Of a stretch of 64,000 nt of DNA, positions 23,801 to 34,200 are shown piece after piece. The notes below the pieces were generated by a model. That model ran no database searches. It was not told the origin of the DNA and worked only from the letters and a program-made list of their open reading frames with translations. The position numbers and the translations under genes are program-made. The stretch covers positions 211,862,155-211,926,154 of the forward strand of contig NC_085841.1 of NCBI RefSeq assembly GCF_035594765.1, read 5' to 3'. The first letter of the stretch is position 1, and each line of letters opens with the position of its first letter. This DNA is from Anolis carolinensis (taxonomy: Eukaryota).

Positions 23801-24711
23801 TTAAAAATTGTCTGCTTGAGAAATATTATATTAAAGCATTATTGGTTATAAATAAAATAAACACGGACCATCAAAAAATGAAATTATGTTCTTCCTTCTA
23901 TTTGTTCATTAAATTCGCTGTAATAAGCATGTAGATGACGTTTCTCCACATTTTTGCATGCTTTCTAAACATGCTTCCAAGAACATGCAGTTTTGTGAGG
24001 GAAATCGCTAAGAGAATATAACTGAAGAGTTTTGTCTTAAACCACAACACAATTTTAGTGTTTATGGGGGGCAAAGCAGAGTTCAGAAGTGTTTAACAAT
24101 ATTACAGTTGCCGACATGTAGCAATATAATATTTATAGTCTCTTTGTATTTTTATGTGAAACATATTAGCTTTCTCTCTTTTTCTTGTGGAAATTGGAAA
24201 TATATGCATTGAGGGCTTCCCTGTCTCTATTGTCTGGATGATTCACCTTAGCCAAGAATGAGATTTGTTTTCTGGTTATTGTATGCAGCATAACAGAGGT
24301 TTTTTTAATTGTATATGTTCTGTATTGTATTTTTTAATTCAGAATTGCGATAGAATTTCTTGATTCAAAGGCCTTTTGCAAAAACTCAAATCACCAGAAG
24401 GGAGAAACTGCTATGAAAAAGAGACATTTGGAGATTCTGGGTTACCAGGTGGTTCAGGTACAGTGTCTACTTTATTTCATAAAAATATAATTAGTCCTGG
24501 TATATTTCTTGTCTCTGTGGTAGAATCTATTCATTGAAGATAACCACATAACTGGATAGATAATATAGACAAAATGTAATATAAACAGCATTTAATTTCA
24601 GATCCCTTCATTTAATTTCAGATCCCCCATTTTGAATGGAATTCTATGGAACTATCATCAAAGGATGCATGGATGGAGTATCTAAAGATAAAAATATTTG
24701 AGAAGCTGTGA
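6047..24711 (+). CDS. FASTKD1: FAST kinase domain-containing protein 1, mitochondrial (spliced gene span, 14 coding exons, 828 aa)
   Basis: Exons 6047-6381, 8810-8878, 10206-10331, 11669-12067, 12350-12460, 13721-13852, 15209-15695, 16440-16554, 17693-17821, 19050-19181, 19745-19858, 21549-21681, 24343-24457, 24622-24711 join in phase to 2487 nt. Peptides such as MELNRAVCLECPELQIPWFH, LNYDPPQ and the RAP domain MKKRHLEILGYQVVQIPHFEW match FASTKD1. Adjacent to KLHL41/BBS5 as in human 2q31. Confidence 0.95.
6466..7280. mobile_element. Tigger-like element with a nested mariner-type MITE (~6587-7138)
   Basis: TACAGGCAGTC start; nested TATACT(C/T)GAGTATAAGC inverted termini with an AT-rich core. 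Confidence 0.55.
7283..7705 (-). mobile_element. RTE/Bov-B-like LINE fragment
   Basis: LKNFGHIMRRQESLEKFMMLEKMEGKRRRGRSRARWMDGI is a typical RTE ORF C-terminus. Confidence 0.85.
8810..8878 (+). CDS. FASTKD1: FASTKD1 coding exon 2 (GC donor)
   Basis: tttctgcag|G, FRVEAHDSLVQELVMEGWRRLD; GG|gcaagt is required for phase. Confidence 0.88.
8950..9672. mobile_element. Non-autonomous hAT transposon (second copy)
   Basis: Same TIRs as 3593-4309; 8-bp TSD CAAAAGAG. Confidence 0.9.
9951..10100 (+). mobile_element. CR1 LINE 3' end
   Basis: Ends in (GATTCTAT)-type tail; homologous to 15937-16275. Confidence 0.8.
10206..10331 (+). CDS. FASTKD1: FASTKD1 coding exon 3
   Basis: cacag|A, LSLPALSKFALCLQDQQIYNSPLTGHVADIVSRNLDSIQDT; AG|gtaatt. 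Confidence 0.9.
11669..12067 (+). CDS. FASTKD1: FASTKD1 coding exon 4
   Basis: ttttag|G, ILSVLMISISS...LGPMAAPEVRE; CA|gtaagt. Confidence 0.92.
12350..12460 (+). CDS. FASTKD1: FASTKD1 coding exon 5
   Basis: LMETALLMSDELDHLQVLAVAETMQEMDCRNSLLIQ; AG/GT flanks. Confidence 0.9.
12615..12812 (-). mobile_element. Degraded tRNA/CORE-type SINE
   Basis: GCCTTCCTCTGAGGCTGAGAG...GTCATCCAGTGG with reverse tRNA-box remnants. Confidence 0.5.
12896..13092 (-). mobile_element. 5'-truncated Anolis-type tRNA SINE
   Basis: Near-identical to 48680-48938; T tract on the left. Confidence 0.85.
13093..13188. repeat. 96-bp spacerless palindrome
   Basis: 48-bp arms centred at 13140/13141, one mismatch. Confidence 0.95.
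13721..13852 (+). CDS. FASTKD1: FASTKD1 coding exon 6
   Basis: IAALLHKYLHKYKPIELARVTQSLVALRCPNPDLYSKLQKLLV; AG/GT flanks. Confidence 0.9.
15209..15695 (+). CDS. FASTKD1: FASTKD1 coding exon 7
   Basis: Core of ORF 15174-15767; ttccag|A ... AGG|gtaata. Confidence 0.9.
15937..16275 (+). mobile_element. CR1 LINE 3' fragment
   Basis: LRGDMIALYKY...TRxNGFKL ORF2 tail plus GATTCTAT repeats. Confidence 0.88.
16440..16554 (+). CDS. FASTKD1: FASTKD1 coding exon 8
   Basis: IYNSGTYSLLLPFAVLNYDPPQGEKFFEACIGHFNSRL; G|gtaagt. Confidence 0.9.
16618..16766. other. Assembly gap (149 N) in a FASTKD1 intron
   Basis: Run of N; the flanking exons stay in phase, so no coding exon need be missing. Confidence 0.99.
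16767..16945. mobile_element. Composite repeat containing a Sauria SINE 3' fragment (minus strand)
   Basis: AAGGTAAAGG...TTTTCCCCTGACATTAAGTCC preceded by ACGCGTTGCTGTGG. Confidence 0.6.
17693..17821 (+). CDS. FASTKD1: FASTKD1 coding exon 9
   Basis: CFEPHLLVLLGFALALAEYFPETVIKAIFNVEFLAKLDTQLG; A|gtgagc. Confidence 0.9.
19050..19181 (+). CDS. FASTKD1: FASTKD1 coding exon 10
   Basis: LPDALNRRVRLRLMELNRAVCLECPELQIPWFHEHYSQQLQKK; A|gtaaat. Confidence 0.88.
19244..19566. mobile_element. Tc1/mariner MITE
   Basis: TIR CAGTAGAGTCTCACTTATCCAAC, TA TSD. Confidence 0.88.
19745..19858 (+). CDS. FASTKD1: FASTKD1 coding exon 11
   Basis: NGNLSALQQQIHRLLGVILGGSHFAKVSVFTPYCYGI; G|gtgggt. Confidence 0.88.
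20620..20840 (+). mobile_element. LINE (L2-like) 3' end with (TTA)n microsatellite tail
   Basis: GCCGCCCCAAGTCCCCTTGGGGAGATGGAGGCGGGGTATAAAAATAAA then (ATT)n; related ends at 18805-18875 (+) and 3165-3220 (-). Confidence 0.6.
21549..21681 (+). CDS. FASTKD1: FASTKD1 coding exon 12
   Basis: FECILDKNKKPLPY...LPPGAQ; AG|gtagtt. Confidence 0.9.
23464..23710 (+). mobile_element. Diverged Anolis-type tRNA SINE
   Basis: GGTGGCGTAATG A-box, GTTCGAATCC B-box, shared body. Confidence 0.75.
24343..24457 (+). CDS. FASTKD1: FASTKD1 coding exon 13 (RAP domain)
   Basis: IAIEFLDSKAFCKNSNHQKGETAMKKRHLEILGYQVVQ; CAG|gtacag. Confidence 0.92.
24622..24711 (+). CDS. FASTKD1: FASTKD1 last coding exon
   Basis: IPHFEWNSMELSSKDAWMEYLKIKIFEKL*; ATTAAA at 24775-24780. 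Confidence 0.9.
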   Translation: MPHFEWNSMELSSKDAWMEYLKIKIFEKL

Positions 24712-25121
24712 TAGTGTTGCGTGAAGAGGATACACAATCATGAAGCTATTTTATATGGACTACTATCATGGAATATTAAATATTTTTCATATGATAAATG
24801 TTTCCATTTTTTAAACCTTGCAAGAGGCTGGGTAAAGGGGTGTCTTTGGGTTGGGATGTAACAGCAATAGAAGCCAAATCTTCCATGCTGATTTTTAGAT
24901 TTATATTCAGTTTTATTCATTGTTACAGCAGAATTTACTTCAAATTCAAACTATTAGTAAAAACAGAGTGGGAGTTTACACCTACAGAGGTTAATACACA
25001 TGGTGGACAGATATATTAACAGTTCAGTCAATACAATTACTTATCAGTCTGTACAGGGCAGGTTTACACAACAAAACAAGAGGCCACAATAGCCTCACTT
25101 TTAGTCAGTGAGTCTTTTGGT

Positions 25122-25233
25122 TTACAGCTTTGACAGTTTAAACATATTCAGGCCAACAGAAAGACAGGAGGCTCCAGAAGCATAACGGATTTCTTTCAGC
25201 ATGCCACACCATTCTTTCTTCTCATCATCATAT
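25122..25233 (-). CDS. KLHL41: KLHL41 exon 6 (last)
   Basis: [36 protein letters not shown]; minus-strand AATAAA at 24912-24917. Confidence 0.93.
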
Positions 25234-28200
25234 CTGTAATAGCGAAAGTTAACACACGTTAGCATGGTACATCTTAGCACAACCTAAAATCCCCTTCAGT
25301 TCTTTTTAGGTCATCAAAATGACAGATTAACAACCCATAGACTTCAAAGAACTCAATTTCTAGTCCAACAGTCTGTTTTCTGGAAACATGGACCAAGAGG
25401 AATCTGGTATAAGCTCCTCCGCAAGTGTCAGAACACATAATCCATCACCTGCTGGCACAGACATGCCTTTGCTCTCCATTCTACCTTGTTCAAGAACTGG
25501 ATAGAAGAGGGTTTACAGAGCAAACACTTATGTAAATGCTTGGATCAAATGCCTGGCCTGTTTGTGACTGAAGAGATTCCTTCATCTGGATGAATACTAA
25601 TTCGGCAGGTCTTTATTACCTTGGTGTCAATGTTGTTGAGACATTAGCATTATTTAATCATTCAAAAGTACAGTATTTTGAATCCAAAACCATTAAATTT
25701 ATGTGAGGTCAACACGTGGGTTTGGAGGCTATGATAAAAAATAAAAATGCTGGCATTTTCTATCAGCTATGTAGCTACATTGGAGCCCTTGGTGGCGCAG
25801 CGGATTAAACTGCTGAACTTGCTGAACAAAAGGCTGGCGGTTTGAATCTGGGAAGTGGGGTGAGCTCCCACTGTTAGCCCCAGCTTCTGCCAACCTAGCA
25901 GTTTGAAAACATGCAAATGTGAGTAGATCAATAGATACTGCTCCAGCGGGAAGGTAACGGCGCTCTATGCAGTTATGCTGGCCACATGACCTTGGAGGCA
26001 TCTATGGACAACACTGGCTTTTTGGCTTAAAAATGGAGATGAGCACCAACCCCCAGAGTCAGACATGACTAGATTTGATGTAAGGGGAAAACCTTTACCT
26101 AACCGATGTAGCACATGTTTTTCCTCCCATCTTCATTTATCAGCCAGAATAGAAAACAGTGTCAGTGGATGACAAAAGAGATTTTAAAATGGGCTTAAAG
26201 CTAACCTTAAAAAAGTGGAATAAACACAGAGAACTGGAAGCCCTGGCTTTCAAGCACTCTTAACTGGAGGTTAACTGTTGCCAACAGTGCTGTGGATTTT
26301 GAGAAGGCACGAATGGAGAGCGAAAGAGAAACATGCAGAGAGGAATGCGTGTCAAGCCAATCCTTGTTGGGATTGCCTTCCATCTGGAAATCGGTGTCAT
26401 CACTGCGAAGGACCATGCAGATCCAGAATAGGTTTTCACAGTCATTTATGGACCCACCACCAAGACCCTAGACTTGGAAGACAATCATACTTGGCTAGGA
26501 ATGATAGCCTATAGTAATAAGATATAGAACAAGCTGATTGTTGCCCCCCCCCCCCCCCTCGAGTGAGTGAACTTCATTGTGAAATGCAGAAGGAGGGTCC
26601 TTGTCACAATTTTCCCTCACACTAGAGATCGTTCAATGAGATCATGGGAATGTCAGTTGCTTTCCAATTGACAAGAGAGCAGATCCCCATCAATCACAGT
26701 GGCTGCTGCCTAGTATGTGGGAAACTTCCATAGTACCTATGAATTTTCTTTAAGCATAGGGATTGTGAATATAAATAAATCATGTATACAAAACTGTACG
26801 TTAACGGCTTTAGCGAATTCTTTCTAGACTATGTCAACATTTAGTAAATTTGCCAACATCTCATCATTTCTAAACATTTTAGATGATTTTTATAAGACTA
26901 ATTTGAAATACTGTAGTATTAAGCAAGTAGATAAAATACTCAAACAAAACTTACTTCCAGATATCATTAACTTCATTGGGTGCAAATTCCTTTGTTTCAA
27001 GTTGAATCATCGCAAAGCCACCAATAGCATACAAGGAGCCAGACAATTCAACTAAACCAATAGAGCTTCTCTCCTGTGGGAATTCTGGCATAACTTCCCA
27101 TCTGTAATGTAAGAAGTATAATGTTCATTTAAAACATTTTTATAATACAATACTTTGGGAAAAATCTATATATCTAGAACCAAATGTTGTGTCCATTGTT
27201 TTCACACCATGGAAGGAGCTCTGCTGTGTAAATTATGAATGGGGTGCAAATGGTTTGCATTTTTGTTCAGCTATACATTCATACATGTTGAAAAAATGTG
27301 GACAAGATAATTGATCTGTACAGTTGCATAGTTCTGCCCTGAAACTCTGTCAAAATGCCAGGTGGTCACTTCCAAATTTAGCTGTTAATGATGTTATGGA
27401 GCTGTATTATGTAAAAAGAAAAACTGATTTTGGAAATATAAACACAAAGCATGTTGGCTTATAGACTGAAGGCAGCCCAACAGTGGAAATACTTCTCACA
27501 TTATGAAACGTGCAATAGGATCGCTAAGCATTAGTAATAAAGAAAAATGTGACCAGTCACCTAGGAAAATGTTTTGCTCAAGTGACTGATGGCCATACAG
27601 AAAATGAATATTTAAGATCAGCTTAAATACATTATTGATTATTAATGCACACAAAACAAGCCCTTCCAGCATCAATATCATTTCCGGCAAAGGCATGGAA
27701 AAGGGCAATCTTTCCCTTTGTGGCCCCAATATGCTTTTGAAATATGCTCTAGAGCGCAAAGGTGGGAATATTGTTGCTTATTTGCTCTGTGCAGCTTTTG
27801 TAGCGCCAACTCACGCTATAAAGATTTGCTTTTCCGCTGAGAAAAAAGAGTAAGTTAAGTATTATAGAGCCCTATCACTGGGCTATTTCATGCTGTTTCG
27901 GGGGTAAGTTCCTCACCCAAAATACCCAAGTTCCTCAATAGTGCAGGAGACAACATGAAGTGATGCATGTTGGTTTGACTCACTCAAAATAACAGATGAA
28001 GATTGCCATTAAGGCCCTACAAGCTGGGAAATACAGTGTGTCCTTACTACTTCGCGGTTCACTTTTTGCAAATTCGCTGTTTCTCGGTTTTTCAATAAAC
28101 TCTAAAAGACTATTATAAATCATAAAAAATTACAATTTACAGCCTAAGGAAGGGAGGAAGCAGAAGCCAAAAGGAGAGAAAAGGAGCCCAAGTGGCAACG

Positions 28201-31200
28201 GGAGGAGAAGGAGGCGATTTATCAACACACGATTGGTTGATAAAGACTTAAAATAGTATATAACTACTAAAATAATGTATAAATATTAAAATAAATATAG
28301 TGTCCCTACTTCGCAGATTTTCACTTATTGCGGGTAGTTCTGGAACTTAATCACAGTGATAAGTGAGGGAACACTGTACACCAAGCCTTATTCTAAGGGA
28401 GTAGATGCACGTTTTCAGATCTTGAGGAAAGAAGGAGAAAGAGCTTGTATGACATTGGAATTTGTCCACCAATTTTTAAAAAATCAAATACTAGATGGAA
28501 TATAAAGAAATAAAAAGGAAACATCACTTGAAAGGGGGAAGGAGAGAGTATATATATATATATATAGAGAGAGAGGGGGGGAAGGTATATGAAGGCTCTT
28601 TGGATCCACTATTTGGTGCTGCATGTACTATTTATTGCTTCTTTAGTGAGCAAGTAGTTCTCTAGACTAGATTCAGCTTCTCATTCATCCCCAAATTTCA
28701 CACTAGTGCTCTTCAAACACAGGGACAGTCCTGCCAAGGTTTAGATGTGCATCCTTCTCTGATCAGGGCTCTTAATTCGGAACGTGAGCCACAGTGTTCA
28801 AAGTATTTCAGCCAGAATCAGCTTAGTTATGTAGAAACTGAATACCAGTAAGTTCTCTTGGCCCAACCTCCCTAAACTTGATGGAAATGTTATTCAGTCA
28901 TGTTCTGATTGCTGGCAGAATAGGTCTCCCCATGCAGCTGATTCCTACTATTATGTAGAGAATTACAATTGTGGCAATGGCATCAAAATTGTAACTAGTA
29001 GCAATTGTGCATATGAAACAGTTATGGATGAATAAACCTAGGTAAATGTTTCATATTCACAATCTCTTAGTCATAACTGTGACGCTGTAGCCACAATTGT
29101 AACTTTGCACCACCCTCCTACTGCGCGCCAACTGCATGGGAGAAGGGTATCCATTCTTCCTGTGATCAAAGTATGCAAGTAAAGAGATTCCACCTCAACA
29201 TTTAGAAGAACATCCTGATGGTAAGAGCTGTTCGGAAGTGAAATACTCTGCCTCAAAGTGTGGTGGTCTCCTTCTCTGAAGGATTTTAAGCAGAGGCTAG
29301 ATGGCCTTCTGTCAGCACTGCTTTGATTGTATATTCCTGCATGGCAGAATGAGGTCAGACTGGATAGCCCTTATGGTCTCTTCCAACTCTATGCTTCTAT
29401 CCATGGGTGAATGACATTTCTATCAGGTTTGCGTGATCAAGCCAAGATAGGTTTTCTAAAGAGCTGATGCAAAATTCTGGCCATCAATTATAAATCTATC
29501 ATATGAGAGTTATAAGATAGTTCAGATAACATATTCCAAAATGTGCAAATAAAGGGTTTTCACTTGAGAAAAATATGCTTGGAGCAATAAAAATGTAAAT
29601 CAATGAACTGTGCATCTAGGAATTCTGCAAGAAGAATTCCAAACTCTGCAGGCATCACAGGCCCCTTCCACACAGCTGAACAAAATCCCATTTTCTGCTT
29701 TGGACTGGAATATATGGCAATGTGGACTCAGTTCAAAGCAGATATTGCGGGATTTTCTGCTTGGGCTATACGGCTGTGCGGACAGGCCCAAAGAAGTAAT
29801 CCAGCTCTTTTGATTTTATCAACACTTTAAAACATCACACTAGACAGACTTCGACAGGAGATCCACAATGAGAAATGTGCTTAAGTAAATGGATAGATAA
29901 TGCACTAACTTGTTAGTGGTGAGATCAAATGCCTCAACGGAAGCTGAGAGGCCCTCTTCAGTAACGCCCCCTGCAATCACAATTTTGCCTTTATGAACAG
30001 CAACACCAAACATAGAGCGGGCCACTTTCATGGGAGGAAGGTCACGCCAGTCTCCCCTCTTGGAATTGTATATGAATACTCTGTTAGTACATTTTCTGTG
30101 GAACAAAAGAAACAGCATTAAAAACTGTCAAAAATTACAGGTCAGGAATCACAACAGTAAAATTTGAAAAACATCTTGCAAAGTGTTTCATTCTGGATGT
30201 TTTGAACACCTAAATGTACATCCAACTATTTAGTTTAATAACAACAACAATCCTCTTCCTGTATTGACAACATGTAGCATAACTTGTGCCCACACCTTGG
30301 TTACAGTATGTCATCATATTACAGAATGGTTGCTAACTGATGCATGTGCAATGATTTTCAATGATACTACATAGATAACTTCATGTTTGTAAGCTTCATT
30401 TGATTACACATGTTCGCCCTTGGCCTAAAATGCAATTGTATATGTGTTGTACTCCAACAGAATGCCAGTCAACCCCACTGGATTGTATGTATAATTAATT
30501 TAAAGATATAGAGAAAATATACTCAAAATTACCACTCTTTATGCATCAGATTTCCCACATAAGCCTCCCCTGCTACTAGTGATTAAGTCCTAAGATGGAA
30601 AAAGTGTGCCTCTGGTGGTGCAGTGTGTTAAAGCGCTGAGCTGCTGAACTTGCGGACCAAAAGGTTGCAGGTTCGAGTCTGGGGTAGGGAATGAGCGCCT
30701 GCTGTTAGCCCCAGCTTCTGCCAACCTAGCAGTTCGAAAACATGCAAATATGAGTAGATCAATAGGTACCGCTCCAGCGGGAAGGTAATGGCACTCCATG
30801 CAGTCATGCCAGCCACATGACCTTGGAGGTGTCTATGGATGATGCCAGCTCTTTGGCTTAGAAATGGAGATGAGCACCAACGCCCAGAGTCGGACATGAC
30901 TGGACTTAACGTCAGGGGGAACCTTTACCTTTACCTAAGAATACCAGAGAGACATCCCTGCACTAGGATGGTTGCTATTCATGGGGTAAAGCAGAAACTA
31001 TAGGCCCTTCCACACAGCCCTAAAACCCAGAATATCAAGGCAGATAATCCACAATATCTGCTTTGAACTGGGATATCTTAATCCACACTGCCATATTACG
31101 TAGTTCAAAGCAGATAATATGGGATTTTATATAGCTGTGTGGAAGGGGCCTATGACAGAGTTTCTGAAAGAGTTTTTACAAGAAGACCTTCTTAGCATAC

Positions 31201-34200
31201 AAGAAAATCTTGACCACAGACCATCTCAATAAGATTTTTATGCTGAATATTTCAGGATTGCAAATTCCATGTCTTTGACTAGATTCCAGTGAGGCCGTAA
31301 GACTCTTAGAAAGTGACAATGATAGCAGGGTGATTATATTATTGTGTAAGCATAATAAATAGGACATTCCCTGCATGTAGGGTAACAATATATGGTTATA
31401 ATAACCACTTAAATTTTAGTTTTATAATAAATATATATTTATGTCAGCCAACATGTTCAATGAATACTTTAGTCTATGACTGTGTTTATAACTTTTTCTA
31501 TATAGTCATCATTTAAGTAACCAAGGAAATCAGTGTCTCATCTCATTGTCACAAGTGGTTTCTACTTCTTAATATGGCCCTGTTATATGATCACACAGTT
31601 CCTATTGATTCTGAAATGGTATGTTAATTTTTTTCATCTAAACATTTTAAGCTTCAGCAGCTGGTTCAAGAAGGCAATGTTGTCCTTCCAGACCTTTGGA
31701 AGACCTCTGGGAAGTCTGGAAGGATGCCTTAGACTTCCTGAAACTGACTGCTGAATCACAGCCAACCATTGCCTGATGACTCTATCACCCAATGGCCATG
31801 AATGGGATGCCACAACACCAGAACCACTACATTGAGATGGAGGTTATTGCAGGCAGTAGAAATGAAAATATCCATCCTTGCTGACGATGAAAAACCATAT
31901 AGAACCCATAATTTGATATTGAGTCTGCATATGCCACTAACAAGCTTCTAAAAAGGTACTCACTTATCATCAGTTTTTCCTCCAAGGCAATATATAGCTC
32001 CATTGTGTGAAGCTGTAGCATGGCCATAGACTTTAAGTGGAAGTTTCTTGACCTCGCTCCATTTGACTGCTCTGAAAAGGAAGGAGACATGAGCAGGCAT
32101 TTAAGCATAAAACTGGCCAAAACACATTTTGGTGCCTTGAATGTTTGACCTGTTTCTGGGTATATTTGATCTACTGATTCCAAAAATGTCACCAGTTTCC
32201 CACACCAGCTCTAATTTTTGAGATATAGAACATATGCCATGTACCAGTCATCATCGGCTTGCTCACAGAAAACTGTGATAACTATATCTAAGAATCTAGA
32301 GCGGATACAGTCTATCCAATGCCTTTTCTGAATCAGCACCTGAAATAACCCCAGAAACAAGCCTAAAAACCAACAGAGAGATATTTTTCCCCACTGGGCT
32401 GTATAACAGATAATAATTTAAAGTGTAAAATATGATAACATTAAGCAACCTACGTGGCATCGTAGCATAATACAGAATCCAGGGATTCCTCAGTTTGGAG
32501 GTCTTTGCCTGCAATTACGTAGATTTTGTTTTCCGATTCTCCCAATCCAAAAAGGCATCTGGCTGATGGCAGTGGAGGAAGGCCAGCCCATTCATAAGTG
32601 ATAGTATCCAACTATTTCCAAATGTAAGAATAAGAAATGACAGCATATTTAGCGTAACAATTGCAAATAATAAAAGCTAATAAAATATAATAAATAATAA
32701 ACAGCTAAAAAAAGAGACTATCGTTTTTTTACCCCATCTCATCATCTCCCATAAACAGCCTCTTGGTGGTTATTCCTCCATACTATGCTTGTGCATCATA
32801 ACAGATTTTTAAAAATCTTTTCTACCACATATTTCCCTGATAATTATCAATGTTTGCCACTTGTGCTATAGTAAAGGTAAAGGTTTCCCCTGACGTTAAG
32901 TCCAGTCATGTCCGACTCTGGGGGTTGGTGCTCATCTCCATTTCTAAGCTGAAGAGCCGGCGTTGTCCGTAGACACCTCCAAGGTCATGTGGCCGGCATG
33001 ACTGCAGGGAACGCTGTTACCTTCCCGCCAGAGCGGTACCTATTGATCTACTCACATTTGCATGTTTTCAAACTGCTATGTTGGCAGATGCTGGAGCTAA
33101 CAGTGGGCGCTCACTCCGCTCCCCGCGTTTGAACCTGGGACCTTTCGGTCTGCAAGTTCAGCATCTCAGTGCTTTAACAAACTGAGCCACCAGAGGCTCC
33201 TATACAGTTCCCTTTATTGTGATAGTATCCAACTATTGTTATTGTTCCCTTTATAGTGCTATACAGTTTCCTTTATTGTTGTTTTTATTTAAAGTTTATT
33301 TTCTATAGGTTATTTTTTTAATTCTCCCTAAAAATTCTTCTATTTATTTGGATCTAATTCTCACTAATGTAGTAATACTATGCCTTAAATACAGTCCCAA
33401 TTAGAATTTGCCTATCACATCAATGGAATTTATATAAGTATGTTTATTTTGGTTGGTGCTGGGAATGGGATATTGGCCGATATTTAGTTTGCTACCTTCA
33501 AACTGAGTTAAGTGACAAGGTAAAGGTAAAAGTTTTCCCCTGACATTAAGTCTAGTCGTGTTCTACTCTGGGGGTTGGTGCTCATCTCAATTTCTAGGTC
33601 GAAGAGCCGGCATTGTCCATAGACACCTCCAAGGTCATGTGGATGGAGCACCGTTACCTTCCCGCCGAAGCAGTACCTACTTATCTACTCACATTTGCAT
33701 GTTTTCGAACTGCTGGGTTGGCAAAAACTGGGGCTAACATCAAGAGTTCACCCCACTTCCCAGATTTGAACCGCTGACCTTTAAGTTCAGCAGCTCAGTG
33801 GTTTAACTCGCTGCACCACCGCTGTGTATTTTTTTTAAAGAGTACATTCATAATGCAGTTTGATCAGCTAGCATTGATGCATCCTATGAAATCCTAGGAT
33901 CAGGAATTTGAAAAGGTACTTTGGAACTCTAGAATGTTCTACAGGTTTGTGGCAGAGAATTCTAAACTATAAATCCCAGAATTCCATGGGATTGAGTTGT
34001 GAGAGTTCTGCTCAGCATAAATATACTCTCTGCAATATATTTTACCTCTTGCAAAAATATCCTTACAGTAATAACTGAAAGGAAAATTGATCTATCAGCC
34101 ATTCCACTGCTAACCTTGTACGCTTTTGCATTTGCACCTCCATCAATTAAAAATATCTTTTTACTTTGAAATGCTGACCAGATACAAAAGGTGAACAACA

